Part shown: positions 28,144 to 35,905 of the stretch, piece by piece
Layout of the letters: the number at the start of each line of letters is the position of its first letter
Position numbering within the stretch: the first letter of the stretch is position 1
Source: Chthonomonadales bacterium
GTDB lineage: Bacteria; Armatimonadota; Chthonomonadetes; Chthonomonadales; CAJBBX01
Length of the DNA: 64,000 nucleotides
NCBI GenBank assembly: GCA_049967475.1
Contig: JBMFSQ010000001.1
Span: 183,456-247,455 of the forward strand
Reading direction: 5' to 3'
Notes under the pieces: generated by a model
Database searches by the model: none
The model's input: only the letters and a program-made list of their open reading frames with translations
What the model was told of the DNA's origin: nothing
Made by a program: the position numbers and the translations under genes

Positions 28144-28887
28144 CTAGTCGCAGCCCCAATACCACATCTGCCCGGTGGCGGGGTTGATATCCCCGCTGCG
28201 CTGGCCGCCTGGGCAAACGACCTGGTTGTCAAAATCGGCGCTGCTCACGGTGAACTTGGCATGGCCATCGGCGAAGACCACGCCGCCACCGCGCGTATGC
28301 CACTGTTTATACCACGTAGGATAGTATCCGTATTTGTCCATGACGAAGAAGGGGAACATCTCGTCTCGGATGATGCGCGTCTCTGCCGGGAGCAAGAAGC
28401 TGGCGTCCGTTACGATGGTGGTGTAATCGTAGGGGGTGTTGTTCTGGGTAGATTCGCCGGCGACGATTGTATAGCTCCCGGCATTGAAGCGATAGCTCGA
28501 GCCATAGCACATCTGGTAGCTGGACATACCCGGGCAGCCGTAGAATGGATCGGCCAGGGCAGGGCCGCCCGTGTCATCAGGGCACTTGAAAAGATCCTTA
28601 TTCTTGCCATAAGGCAGGATCTCCAGTTCCACCCCCTTGTGCCCAGGCTGGCCGGCCGGCGGCTGGCTATTGTAGGCATAGAAGATGGGCATGGTCTCGT
28701 CATAATCCTGCACGTACATGCGCACCTGCATGCCGATTTGGCGGGCGTTGGAGAGGCAGGTGACCTCGCGGGCTTTCTCACGGGCCTGGGCGAAGACGGG
28801 GAAGAGTATCGCTGCCAGGATCGCGATGATGGCGATCACTACGAGCAGCTCGATGAGTGTGAACGCACGTCGTATGGTGCGGAGCAT
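28144..28887 (-). CDS. Prepilin-type N-terminal cleavage/methylation domain protein of the DUF1559 / H-X9-DG family
   Basis: [40 protein letters not shown] is the class III signal peptide plus the typical DUF1559 start. The C-terminal [13 protein letters not shown] is H-X9-DG. Start is ATG 28887 with GGAAAGGAAGG upstream. The remainder of ORF 28144..29142 is riboswitch RNA. Confidence 0.9.
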   Translation of the reverse strand: MLRTIRRAFTLIELLVVIAIIAILAAILFPVFAQAREKAREVTCLSNARQIGMQVRMYVQDYDETMPIFYAYNSQPPAGQPGHKGVELEILPYGKNKDLFKCPDDTGGPALADPFYGCPGMSSYQMCYGSSYRFNAGSYTIVAGESTQNNTPYDYTTIVTDASFLLPAETRIIRDEMFPFFVMDKYGYYPTWYKQWHTRGGGVVFADGHAKFTVSSADFDNQVVCPGGQRSGDINPATGQMWYWGCD

Positions 28888-29001
28888 CCTCGGTCCTTCC
28901 TTTCCGGGGATGCCGGGGCGGCTTACTGGGCGCCCTCTTCGGATGGGGAACGGTGCGCCTCTCGCTCTGTGAACGGAAGGCGGCGGTCCCAGAGCCCTCG
29001 T

Positions 29002-29042
29002 AAAAACGAAGCGCCGCAGCCCTTTGGATGGAAAGCTGCGGC
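29002..29042 (-). terminator. Rho-independent terminator forming the expression platform of the TPP riboswitch
   Basis: The minus strand reads CGCCGCAGCtttccatccaaaggGCTGCGGCGcttcgttttt. This is a 9-bp GC stem followed by a U-run, 15 nt after the aptamer. Confidence 0.8.
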
Positions 29043-29056
29043 GTTCTAGCCGGTGT

Positions 29057-29153
29057 GCAACGCTTCCCTCCGTCGGCATTATCCGAATCAGGTGGTCAGG
29101 GTTCTTCGAGCTACCTCGAAGTCTCAGCCGGTTTCCCAGCACCCCTAGCGGTT
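29057..29153 (-). promoter_or_regulatory. TPP (thiamine pyrophosphate, THI-box) riboswitch aptamer
   Basis: The minus strand reads CCGCUAGGGGUGCUGGGAAACCGGCUGAGA-CUUCGAGguagCUCGAAG-AACCCUGACCACCUGAUUCGGAUAAUGCCGACGGAGGGAAGCG. Compare E. coli thiM: GGGGUGC...CUGAGA...ACCC.....ACCUGAUCUGGAUAAUGCCAGCGUAGGGAAG. All conserved blocks are present in order, and P1 is closable by CGCU/AGCG. Confidence 0.9.
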
Positions 29154-29178
29154 ACTGATTGTAAGGTGGTTCGATGTT

Positions 29179-29208
29179 AGTGTATCACGGCCGTCCAGCG
29201 GGTGTCAA
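29179..29208 (-). promoter_or_regulatory. Sigma70-type promoter TTGACA-18-TACACT driving the TPP riboswitch operon
   Basis: The minus strand reads ctgcTTGACAcccgctggacggccgtgaTACACTaac. The -35 overlaps the trxA stop codon (GCT TGA CAC). Confidence 0.6.
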
Positions 29209-29540
29209 GCAGTCAGGAGTTTTTCCAGCTTCCGGGCGATGACGCTCTTGGGTACGGCGCCGATGACCTGATCCGCCACCTGCCCATTCTTGAAGAAAAG
29301 CAAAGTGGGGATGGACATAATGCCGTATTTGCTGGCAATGTCATACTCCTGGTCGGTATCAACCTTTACCACCTTGACCTTGCCGGCATATTCTTCGGCA
29401 ACCGCATCTACGTGGGGTGCGATCATCCTGCAGGGGCCGCACCACACGGCCCAGAAGTCCACCAACACCGGGATAGGGGATTGCAGGACTTCTTTATCGA
29501 AATTCTCCGCGGTTACCGCCTGAGCCTTGCTCATATTCAC
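29205..29540 (-). CDS. trxA: Thioredoxin
   Basis: 111 aa. [18 protein letters not shown] active site. SD GGAGGA 7 nt upstream. Confidence 0.95.
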   Translation of the reverse strand: MNMSKAQAVTAENFDKEVLQSPIPVLVDFWAVWCGPCRMIAPHVDAVAEEYAGKVKVVKVDTDQEYDIASKYGIMSIPTLLFFKNGQVADQVIGAVPKSVIARKLEKLLTA

Positions 29541-29580
29541 TCCTCCGTTGTTCGCGTCGCAGCAGGCGAGCAGATGCGCC

Positions 29581-29609
29581 CGTTATACCTCGGCAATCTC
29601 ATCGTGTCA
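29581..29609 (-). promoter_or_regulatory. Sigma70-type promoter TTGACA-17-TATAAC for trxA
   Basis: The minus strand reads gTTGACAcgatgagattgccgaggTATAACggg. Confidence 0.6.
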
Positions 29610-29727
29610 ACACGGGGGCTCTAACGCACCTCTTTGCGGTGTTCGGGGGCAACGCCCCTCGATCTGTCGGACCCCCATTGCCTGCCGGTCAAGTCCCATT
29701 ACGGCGGGTCCTTTCAGGGGGTTCCCG

Positions 29728-31428
29728 TCATTTTGCCCCCCAGGCTGCTCGAGCGAAGGCTTCCAGGTCCTCATAGCGCTGCAACCACGTGGTGTACATC
29801 ACACCGTCTATTCCAGGCACGTTCTTGGCATCGTCGAGCCATTTGGCGATTGTGCCCGCATCCCTGTCGTAGTACCCTGCCAGGATCTGTTTATTCCCGC
29901 GGTTTGCGAAAAACGGCAGGCTCTTCTTCCGCCCGTCGAAGTTCCAGTTGACAATCCCCACGTCGGGAGACAGCCCCTCCCATGAGCCGGACCACGTGCC
30001 GTTGACCAGGTAATAGTCGTCATGTGCGTTGTGGCTAGGATCAAACATGTCGCTCCACACGTAGATGCGCGCTCGAGGACTTACCGAACGGATGATCGCG
30101 ACGCACCGACGCACGTTATCGGCCAGCATCTGGCCGGGCGTCATGCGGCGGGCCTGGCAGGCAGCGCACCAGTTGGCGATGCGGATCTCGTCGTGGGACA
30201 TCAGCACGGCTGTCGGGTGGAACAGGGCTTCTACGCGCCGCATTTGGTCCATCAGTACTTGGTAGACCTTGGGGTGTGTGAGGCAGCAGGTGGTCTGCAT
30301 GTCATAGATGAAGGCGGGGTGGTAGAAGCTGACCAACAGGCGCTGGCCTTCGCGTATGCGGGATTGCGGACTAAGGACGATGGGCGAGGCCTCGTGGTAG
30401 AGTTCGAACTCGCCGGGCCACGGAACGTTGCCCATCTTGGGATCCCGCACGGGTTCAAAATCGCGCCCTTCGATGTATTGGGTGCCATCCTCGGCGCGTA
30501 CCTTGAGCGGGCACCCTTCCCGGCGGATCACATTGACGAGCCCCAGTTCTTCGAGCCGCACATCGTCTATCCATAGGGTTCCGCCCTTGCCGCCCCACAC
30601 GCCGATATAGAGGTTGGCTTGTGATGAGTCGAGGCTGTTGAAGGTTACTTGGTGCTCCCGCCAGTCCTGCGTGGACCGCACTCCCAGGTTCTGTTCGCAA
30701 AGGTTGCGCTTGCCGGCGAGCATAAGGATGCGCACCTCGCCGGGCGTTTGGAAGTCGGCTGTCTTCATCCACGCGGTAAGGCGATAGTAGCGGTGGGGCT
30801 TCAGCGTCACTTGCTGCATGATGCGGCCATGCCCATATTGGGGATCGACTGTGCCTACGTTCTGGAAGCGCAGGGAGGCTCCACCGGAATGGCGCACCTC
30901 GCGATCTATGAAGCTGGCCTTACCGGGGAAATCCTGGAACTGCCAGCCCAGTGCCGTGGCCCCATTCGCCTCCTCGAACCCGCCGTTTCGGACGCCGATT
31001 GCCGGATCGGGTTCCAAAAACGCTTTGCCGTTGCGCACCCGAAACGGCGCATCTACCACGGGAATGCCTTCAACGAGGTTCGGGTCGTGAGCTAGGATCC
31101 CCGAGCTGTAGCCTATGGGAAACACTGCAGGAACCAATTCCAATTTGAGGGCCTTGGCCGTGTCGGCAATCCGGCGGGCGTTGTTGAAATACTCCGGGCC
31201 CATCCGGTCCAGGATATTGAGCTTATAATCTGCCAGCACGAACCCGTTGTACCCGCATGCGGCGGCCCGACGCATAACGCCCACGGCTGCGGACACGTTG
31301 GCATCTACGAGGAGGTTCGTGGAGAGGTAGAACCAGCGGTGGGGGATGGGGCGCGGAGCGTTTGGAGCAGCAGGCAGGTATACGCGGGCAGCGAGCGCCG
31401 CGCCGAGGCAGATCAGGGAGAGGGGCAT
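29728..31428 (-). CDS. Secreted hypothetical glycoside-hydrolase-like (TIM-barrel-like) protein with an inserted CBM4/9-type carbohydrate-binding module
   Basis: 566 aa with a signal peptide. The central NGGFEEANGATALGWQF...GGASLRFQN...YYRLTAWMKTADF...LYIGVWGGKGGTLWIDDVRLEE is the jelly-roll CBM4_9 pattern. The flanks (GYNGFVLADYKLN... and ...HDEIRIANWC...IYVWSDMFDP...GVMYTTW) look like the two halves of a barrel. No family name can be assigned from memory. Confidence 0.5.
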   Translation of the reverse strand: MPLSLICLGAALAARVYLPAAPNAPRPIPHRWFYLSTNLLVDANVSAAVGVMRRAAACGYNGFVLADYKLNILDRMGPEYFNNARRIADTAKALKLELVPAVFPIGYSSGILAHDPNLVEGIPVVDAPFRVRNGKAFLEPDPAIGVRNGGFEEANGATALGWQFQDFPGKASFIDREVRHSGGASLRFQNVGTVDPQYGHGRIMQQVTLKPHRYYRLTAWMKTADFQTPGEVRILMLAGKRNLCEQNLGVRSTQDWREHQVTFNSLDSSQANLYIGVWGGKGGTLWIDDVRLEELGLVNVIRREGCPLKVRAEDGTQYIEGRDFEPVRDPKMGNVPWPGEFELYHEASPIVLSPQSRIREGQRLLVSFYHPAFIYDMQTTCCLTHPKVYQVLMDQMRRVEALFHPTAVLMSHDEIRIANWCAACQARRMTPGQMLADNVRRCVAIIRSVSPRARIYVWSDMFDPSHNAHDDYYLVNGTWSGSWEGLSPDVGIVNWNFDGRKKSLPFFANRGNKQILAGYYDRDAGTIAKWLDDAKNVPGIDGVMYTTWLQRYEDLEAFARAAWGAK

Positions 31429-31430
31429 GG

Positions 31431-31670
31431 TTACACCTCGCCTTTGGACGATGCTGACGGCGCGGTTTCGGGACTATCGGCTTCCAGTGTGACGGACCGG
31501 ATATTCACGATGGGGATTAAGGTGGTTCTTCCTTTGCCCACCAGAACCTTGACCCACTGATCGCCTACTTCCTGAAGCACGCCGCTCCATTGCCCGGCTT
31601 CGTTCACCAGCACGAAGCTCACGCGGGATCCGATGTATTCTCGTACGAACGCGTCTGCCATGAGTTCCAC
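31431..31670 (-). CDS. Small hypothetical protein, Sm/LSm-like pattern (79 aa)
   Basis: YIGSRVSFVLVNEAGQWSGVLQEVGDQWVKVLVGKGRTTLIPIVNIRSVTL. The stop abuts the next gene's start (31431/31428). Confidence 0.5.
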   Translation of the reverse strand: MELMADAFVREYIGSRVSFVLVNEAGQWSGVLQEVGDQWVKVLVGKGRTTLIPIVNIRSVTLEADSPETAPSASSKGEV

Positions 31671-31736
31671 CTGGTGCCCGATCTGGGAGGGCTGGATCAG
31701 GACTGCCTGCCCTCCCAGATCCGGTAAGCGGAGCGT

Positions 31737-32762
31737 CTATCCTTCCACCGGTACGGGTTTGCCCGTGGCGATGGACCGGTTCGCCGCCAAGGTGAGTTCA
31801 AGCGTTTTTGCCGCATCGGGATAGGTGGATTGGATGCGGCTGCCGTCTCCGGTGGCTACAGCGTCCAGAAACACGCGGTCCTCGATGGCGAAGATATTGT
31901 CCTCACCTTTGATTTCCTCAGGGTCGGCACCCTTGCGCAGGATCTTAACGGAATGTTCCCATCCGGTGAAGAGGAGCGTCGTGTCGTGGGCGTAGATGTT
32001 GAGCGTCACCCCTCCGCCGCCTCCGTTGGCGGAGCAGGATGACATGAGATTGGCGACGCCTCCAGACTTGAGGCGTATGTTCACCGAGCTCGCGTCGTCT
32101 ATGGTGTAATTGTAGATGTTCTTGTTGAAGCCGTTGGCGGCATGGGCACACACTTCCACGGCTTCGCCGCACAGAAATCGGACTAAGTCGAAGGTATGGG
32201 TAGTCTGCTCTACGATCTGGCCGCCGCTCTTGTCTTTTTGCACCCACCACGATCCGATATTGGTGTCTCCGGGTTTGGGGTTGGGCGATCCGCCGATCCA
32301 TCCGCCGAAGACGAGGATGGCAGGGTCGCTTTGGAGAAGCGTGCGCCCCTTCTGCACGCCTGCACGGTAGCGGTTCATGTACCCGGCGCACGTGAGGAGC
32401 CCTGTGCGCTCGACTTCGGCGGCAAGCTCTCGCGTGAGGCCCCAGTCCAGGCCAACGGGCTTCTCTACGAAGAACGGTTTGCGGTAGCGGAGGCACGCCT
32501 GTTCGGCGGGGCCGTGTGCGAAGGGGGGCAGGAGGATAAACACCGCATCTGCCTCCACTTCTTGCAGCATTTCGTGGGGGTTCGAGAAGGTCCGTGGTGC
32601 AGCCGCCGGCCGAAGCTCCTTGAGTTCCGCCAGGCGTTGCTGGATCTTAGCGGCATCCACGTCGCAAAAGGCTACAATCTCGGCATCCTGGAAGGGAGCG
32701 ATTGCCTTCAAATGGGCCGATGCCATCCCTCCGCTTCCCACGAAGGCACATCTTACAGCCAT
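31737..32762 (-). CDS. Gfo/Idh/MocA family oxidoreductase
   Basis: MAVRCAFVGSGGMASAHL and FFVEKPV. Start set at ATG 32762 (Rossmann N-terminus). Confidence 0.85.
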   Translation of the reverse strand: MAVRCAFVGSGGMASAHLKAIAPFQDAEIVAFCDVDAAKIQQRLAELKELRPAAAPRTFSNPHEMLQEVEADAVFILLPPFAHGPAEQACLRYRKPFFVEKPVGLDWGLTRELAAEVERTGLLTCAGYMNRYRAGVQKGRTLLQSDPAILVFGGWIGGSPNPKPGDTNIGSWWVQKDKSGGQIVEQTTHTFDLVRFLCGEAVEVCAHAANGFNKNIYNYTIDDASSVNIRLKSGGVANLMSSCSANGGGGGVTLNIYAHDTTLLFTGWEHSVKILRKGADPEEIKGEDNIFAIEDRVFLDAVATGDGSRIQSTYPDAAKTLELTLAANRSIATGKPVPVEG

Positions 32763-32875
32763 GATGAGGGTTCTCCTTAGGTGTAGGGCATTCTCACGCC
32801 GGCGGCGCGAGGCCGGCGCATCCATACGTTACCTTCGGTGGCGCTGAGGGTATTCCCTGCTGCTTTCCGAACCCT

Positions 32876-34336
32876 TTACCGGTAAACTTCCAATTCGGCA
32901 ATGGCCATCTGACCGCCGGGTTGGTTGGGCCCGTCGGGCTTGAGCGCGCACACACGCACGTATCTGGCTTCCACCGGACTAAAGGTTCCCTCCCACGGTC
33001 TGCCATCATGATGATCCACGTCGGCTACGGTAATCCAATTTGAACCGTCGGACGAGAGGCGTATCTGAAAGTGGGTGGCATATGCCTGGGGAGCGAATGT
33101 AACCTTTACGCGGCGCACGGAAAGGGTGTCTACCAGGTCTACCTCAAAGCACCAGGGCCATTCATTGGCCGCTTCGGCAAAGGTGTCGGTCCGCCCGTCA
33201 ACGCCGAGGCGGGGGATATGAACATCGGCGCTGGCGGGGAGTTCGTGCGATCCGTCCAGGCTCAGGAGCTTCGCCTGCTTGTGGTAGGCGAGGTTCCCTG
33301 GAGGTATGGCCTCGCGGGTTCGGCTGCGTGTGAGTTCGGCGCGGACGGCTTTGAGGAGTTCCACTTGCGAGCGATCCAAGGCGCCGTCCCGATAAAGGAG
33401 CACGTCAATAGACACTACGCCTCCCCGCCGATGTACTTCGCTTACGTACTCCGCCAACGCTGCCTTGGTGCAGCAGCAGCCCGGCTGAGCCCACGTGGGC
33501 CCAAGGAACGAAAGGATGTGCCATTGTTCGCCGTGGATCCAGCGGCTCACGGGCACATCATAGAAGCGGTTCTGCTCGCCGGCTGTGTAATCTTCATGCG
33601 GAGTGTAGGGCATTACCTTGGGATCCACGCCGCGGTTGAGTGCGACGATGCTGCGGGGATTGCCGGCCTTGAGGGCGCGTGCCATAACGGCAAGCTTGGC
33701 ATCGTCATAGCCAATCCAGGGATACATCCCGTCGGTCCACCAGCCGGCGATCTTGGAACCGTACCTGCGGCTGTACTCTTCCGCAACGGACGCCCATTTG
33801 CGCACGAACTCCTCCGAGACCGGAGTGCCGCACCCGAACGCGCGGCCGGCTTTGGCGTCCTGGCTGGGCCCATCGCCGGTCCAATAGAGCATGAGGGGAA
33901 TGCCGCGCTTGTGGAGGGAGCGGTAGAGGTCTTCGATGAGATCCCGGGTAGCGCAGGCTTGGCCGGGCCGGTACCCCGTGATGCGGTCGAAGGTAGAGTT
34001 GGGCGCAATCATATACCGCGTGAGTTGCATCACGGTGAAGATGACGTACCCGGCGCCGACCTCCTTCATCGTTTTGGCGAAGCGCTCGGTGTCGAATTCG
34101 TGCACGCAGGCATCCCAGCTCGTTTGACGGCCCAGGCTGTGGATTTGCTCTCGATTATTCTGGAGACCATTCAGGTAATGGACAAAGACGCCGTATCCTG
34201 CCTTATGGAACCAATCCGTGTTTGGGTTCATTGGGTCTCCCTGGCTTGGGGTAACGGTCCAATTCATGAGCATCCAACCGCATGCGAACGAGGCAAGTGC
34301 GATTTTGCGAACAGATCCGATAGGCGGACACGCCAT
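32876..34336 (-). CDS. Secreted alpha-L-fucosidase-like (GH29-like) glycoside hydrolase with C-terminal F5/8 type C (discoidin) domain
   Basis: WFHKAGYGVFVHY, FAKTMKEVGAGYVIFT and TRDLIEDLYRSLHKRGIPLMLYW follow the GH29 block order, but the KHHDGF block is divergent. The C-terminal FEVDLVDTLSVRRVKVTF...FQIRLSSDGSNW...ARYVRV...IAELEVY is discoidin-like. Confidence 0.55.
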   Translation of the reverse strand: MACPPIGSVRKIALASFACGWMLMNWTVTPSQGDPMNPNTDWFHKAGYGVFVHYLNGLQNNREQIHSLGRQTSWDACVHEFDTERFAKTMKEVGAGYVIFTVMQLTRYMIAPNSTFDRITGYRPGQACATRDLIEDLYRSLHKRGIPLMLYWTGDGPSQDAKAGRAFGCGTPVSEEFVRKWASVAEEYSRRYGSKIAGWWTDGMYPWIGYDDAKLAVMARALKAGNPRSIVALNRGVDPKVMPYTPHEDYTAGEQNRFYDVPVSRWIHGEQWHILSFLGPTWAQPGCCCTKAALAEYVSEVHRRGGVVSIDVLLYRDGALDRSQVELLKAVRAELTRSRTREAIPPGNLAYHKQAKLLSLDGSHELPASADVHIPRLGVDGRTDTFAEAANEWPWCFEVDLVDTLSVRRVKVTFAPQAYATHFQIRLSSDGSNWITVADVDHHDGRPWEGTFSPVEARYVRVCALKPDGPNQPGGQMAIAELEVYR

Positions 34337-34348
34337 GGATGCCTCCTG

Positions 34349-34939
34349 TTACCCGGCGCTTCCCGTTCTGTTAGCCAAAGCGCCGGAAGAATGGAGCCGC
34401 TCTGAGCGCAATCCGTGGTGCTGTTCACTGGTAAGAAGGTGTTCCCCGCAATGACCAATCACTACCAGCTTCCCTGCGTGATCCAACCAAAAGTGCAGGC
34501 GTACGTTTTGATTGCGCGCGAGGCGGCACTTCACATGGGGGCTGATGTCAATCGTTTGGCCTGCATACGTGCGCAGCCGCTGGCAAACGGCCGCCGCGAT
34601 GCGTTTGGATGATTTACTCTCGGTAAGGGCAAGAGTAAGCCCCGTACGATTGCGGAATTCGTCCTCTAGCGAAGCGCTTCCCTCCGTAAAGGCGAGGTGC
34701 CACAAAGGACCTGCAACGCTGTAGACGAGCTGCCACGCCCGGTCGGCGTCAGCGAGGGAAAGGGCCCCATGCCGGCGATCCCACGTTCGGGCCGAAGCGA
34801 ACGCTTCCGGTAAAACGAAGATACGGTTTGGGCACGTGGATTGGAAGAACGCTACGATGCCCGCGAGAGATCGCGGCAGGTCCAAAGGCATTCCATGCAA
34901 AGGTTTGTTTCCGGACGTACCGCTCGGATGATGCTCCAT
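34349..34939 (-). CDS. Hypothetical protein with C-terminal RelE/ParE-toxin-like segment
   Basis: 196 aa. VKCRLARNQNVRLHFWLDHAGKLVVIGHCGEHL aligns by eye with RelE yKIKLRssGYRLVYQVidekvvVfVIsVGKRe. More A/T-ending codons than its neighbours (by eye). Confidence 0.45.
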   Translation of the reverse strand: MEHHPSGTSGNKPLHGMPLDLPRSLAGIVAFFQSTCPNRIFVLPEAFASARTWDRRHGALSLADADRAWQLVYSVAGPLWHLAFTEGSASLEDEFRNRTGLTLALTESKSSKRIAAAVCQRLRTYAGQTIDISPHVKCRLARNQNVRLHFWLDHAGKLVVIGHCGEHLLTSEQHHGLRSERLHSSGALANRTGSAG

Positions 34940-34963
34940 GGCCTAATCCTTCCATTGTACAGG

Positions 34964-35905
34964 TTACCGCGTCTCTCCTTCATAATAGACCCATCGGGTG
35001 GAAGACCGGAAAACGATTAGGGTTGCCGCAAGAGTGAGCAAAAAAAGCACCCACGCCATGGCGCAGGCATATCCCATGCGGAAGTATGCAAAGGCATTCT
35101 GGAACAGGTACAGGGCGTAGAAGAGGGTGGAATTGGCAGGGCCCCCATTGGTCATGATGAAGGTTTGGGTGAAGTATTGGAATGTGCCGATGATGCCGAG
35201 GACTACGTTGAAGAAGATCACGGGCGAAATGGCTGGTATCGTGATGTGCCACGTGCGCGTCCAGGGGCCCGCGCCGTCAATCTCGGCGGCTTCATAGAGG
35301 TGCGTGGGAACGCCTTGGAGGGCTGCCAAGTAGATGACGACCCCGCCGCCCACCATCCACAGGTCCAGAATGATGAATGCGGGCTTCGACCACACCGGGC
35401 TCTGGAGCCATTCCGTGGTGGGTAGGTGGAGGAACTGAAGCGTCTTGTTCACGAGCCCGTATTGCGGGTTCAAGAGCCAAAGCCATAGGATTGCCGAAGC
35501 CACGGTGGGGACTACCGAGGGCAAGTAATAGAGAGTGCGGAAAAGCGCCATCCCTTTGAGCTTCTGGTTCAAAAGCAGCGCCACTCCCACCGAAATGACC
35601 GTGGCGATGGGAAGCTCGATGAACATGAAAACCGTGTTGTAGAGGGAGGGCAGGAAGTAATCGGTATCCGAGAAGAGTTCCATGTAATTGCGGAGCCCCA
35701 CCCAGTGCGGAGGCGAGAGGACACGGTACTCGCAGAAGCTGTAATAGAGCGACGCTCCGATTGGGTAGAGGGTAAGGGCCAGGAAGCCGACTAGCCAAGG
35801 GGAGATGAAGGCAAGGCCCATGAGCAAATCGCGTGTCGCTCGGGCACCACGGGACTGGCCGGATCGCTTGGGCAGGGACGGGTGTTCGATGGAAGAGGGC
35901 CTCAT
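34964..35905 (-). CDS. ABC transporter permease, CUT1 sugar type (MalF/UgpA-like)
   Basis: LLMGLAFISPWLVGFLALTLYPIGASLYYSF. Six TM segments. EAA-like loop YEAAEIDGAGPWTRTWHITIP. The start overlaps the binding-protein stop (ATGA). Confidence 0.85.
   Translation of the reverse strand: MRPSSIEHPSLPKRSGQSRGARATRDLLMGLAFISPWLVGFLALTLYPIGASLYYSFCEYRVLSPPHWVGLRNYMELFSDTDYFLPSLYNTVFMFIELPIATVISVGVALLLNQKLKGMALFRTLYYLPSVVPTVASAILWLWLLNPQYGLVNKTLQFLHLPTTEWLQSPVWSKPAFIILDLWMVGGGVVIYLAALQGVPTHLYEAAEIDGAGPWTRTWHITIPAISPVIFFNVVLGIIGTFQYFTQTFIMTNGGPANSTLFYALYLFQNAFAYFRMGYACAMAWVLFLLTLAATLIVFRSSTRWVYYEGETR

Noticed and set aside
28000-29049. 349-aa plus-strand ORF opposite the DUF1559 gene and riboswitch
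   Set aside because: Shadow ORF. The minus strand contains a textbook prepilin/H-X9-DG protein and a TPP riboswitch.
33071-34405. 444-aa plus-strand ORF opposite the fucosidase-like gene (the 516-aa ORF 35833..37383 opposite the binding protein is similar)
   Set aside because: Shadow ORFs with no motifs. The minus-strand products have a signal peptide or lipobox and family blocks, and they are operon-packed.
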